A stretch of 30,136 bases of DNA from an uncultured delta proteobacterium (GTDB lineage Bacteria; Desulfobacterota; Binatia; UBA9968), in the NCBI GenBank assembly GCA_963745835.1, contig CAVUZH010000009.1:1-30136 (forward strand), in the 5' to 3' direction. Made by a program: the position numbers and the translations under genes. Shown here piece by piece: positions 29,256 to 30,136 of the stretch (positions are counted from its first letter, which is position 1; every line of letters begins with the position of its first letter). Below the pieces are notes generated by a model. That model made no database searches. It worked only from the letters and a program-made list of their open reading frames with translations, and was not told the origin of the DNA.

Positions 29256-29261
29256 TTAGGC
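29181..29261 (+). other. attC integron recombination site (81 bp)
   Basis: R'' ATCTAAC, 5-nt spacer, L'' GATCGACA with one unpaired C, stems CGGAC/GTCCG and GGCTGGC/GCCTGCC, L' GGTCATC, 6-nt spacer, R' GTTAGGC. Confidence 0.9.
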
Positions 29262-29296
29262 GTTAAACCTTGCCAGCGAGGCAGGAGAACAAACCT

Positions 29297-29345
29297 ATAG
29301 CGTTCGCTGATTCTGAGGGAACACGGATTTACTACGATGACCCTA
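29297..29345 (+). pseudogene. Possible decayed N-terminus of an alpha/beta hydrolase following the attC
   Basis: AGGAG RBS, then ATA in place of ATG, reading (M)AFADSEGTRIYYDD; similarity is lost afterwards. Confidence 0.35.
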
Positions 29346-29550
29346 CGCTGCCCCTATCCTCTGAATTCTTCTGGACGGCCATCTTCACCCAGGACTTTTT
29401 TGTTGACGCAAAGCGGCTCCAACTATAAGAATAAGTTTCACTATACTTCGTGAGACGCCGATTTTTCGAACCCTGATTTTGCAATATTCGATGCAAAGAG
29501 ACCATCATCGCCAGAACTTTGGCTTATATTCTTGCGTGTAGAATACAGTA

Positions 29551-29994
29551 ATGCCGAAAGTAAAGATTGGTAGTTTGCCGCCGCGTCATTCGCTGCTATT
29601 AAATTCTCATAAGAATGTGCGTTTGAGCAAGTGTCTGAAGTGTCAAAAGCTAACTCACTTACGAAAGTTCGCGTTCTTCATTCACATTGATGGCTGGGGA
29701 CCGATGGCGCTCGGTAAAACCTGCCGTTATTGTTCCCGTTGCGAAGTCGTGATGGTGTATCGCAAAGAATTAGAGGCGGAGTTAGCGCGCGGTTTAAGCC
29801 GGATGGCTCCCGAAGTGATAGGGAATGACTATTTGGTGCTGGGCACTATCGAGAAAAAGATATGGCAGCAGGAGCTTGGAAACCCCGGAAAACCAATTGC
29901 CGAGATGTTAAAGCACGTCACTGACTTCAAACATCAATACGATCTGGAGTATAAGCCTGGCGGTTGGCACCCTGTCGCTCAGGAACCAAGATGA
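29551..29994 (+). CDS. Hypothetical protein with putative Zn-binding cysteines
   Basis: 147-aa ORF with CLKC and CRYCSRC. No RBS; TAGAAT (29539-29544) lies 6 nt before the ATG. Confidence 0.75.
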   Translation: MPKVKIGSLPPRHSLLLNSHKNVRLSKCLKCQKLTHLRKFAFFIHIDGWGPMALGKTCRYCSRCEVVMVYRKELEAELARGLSRMAPEVIGNDYLVLGTIEKKIWQQELGNPGKPIAEMLKHVTDFKHQYDLEYKPGGWHPVAQEPR

Positions 29995-30052
29995 GAGTAA
30001 GTAAAGCTACAATGCAACGCATCGTCCATCATGATAAAAGGCGAAATGCGAA

Positions 30053-30136
30053 ATGAAAATTGATATCGACAAACTCAGCGAGGAAGAATTGATCGACTTG
30101 AATAACCGGATCATGGCTCGGTTCCGGTTTTTGAAT
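30053..30136 (+). CDS. 5' end of a hypothetical protein (MKIDIDKLSEEELIDLNNRIMARFRFLN...)
   Basis: Open from ATG 30053 to the window edge with an amphipathic helical pattern; truncated. Confidence 0.7.
   Translation, partial: MKIDIDKLSEEELIDLNNRIMARFRFLN

Noticed and set aside
28067-29994. Thoeris or CBASS operon
   Set aside because: No ThsA (SIR2/Macro-SLOG) or nucleotide cyclase gene is present; the TIR gene is bounded as a single cassette.

Overview
Chromosomal bacterial DNA of moderately high GC, mostly singleton metabolic and transport genes. It holds four Bug/TctC-type binding-protein genes (one frameshifted), a tctA-tctB-tctC operon, an orphan NitT/TauT-type ABC binding protein, MFS, MarC and TerC membrane proteins, pal, a MetE-II-like enzyme and several redox enzymes. 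The expanded orphan binding proteins suggest Candidatus Binatia or a related deltaproteobacterium (inference only). The most notable feature is near the right end: a complete integron gene cassette (GTTAGAT core at 28036, attC at 29181-29261) with no integrase in the window. It carries a 370-aa protein with an unassigned N-terminal domain fused to a C-terminal TIR domain that retains the catalytic Glu, a candidate undescribed single-gene anti-phage system. Other non-obvious items: an internally deleted ISNCY/IS1202-like element with a 14-15 bp target duplication, a PIN-domain pseudogene, a flavin-monooxygenase relic, a heptamer-periodic inverted-repeat mini-element and REP-like palindromes. 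No rRNA, tRNA or CRISPR array was seen. All protein family calls come from motif recognition by eye, not database searches.
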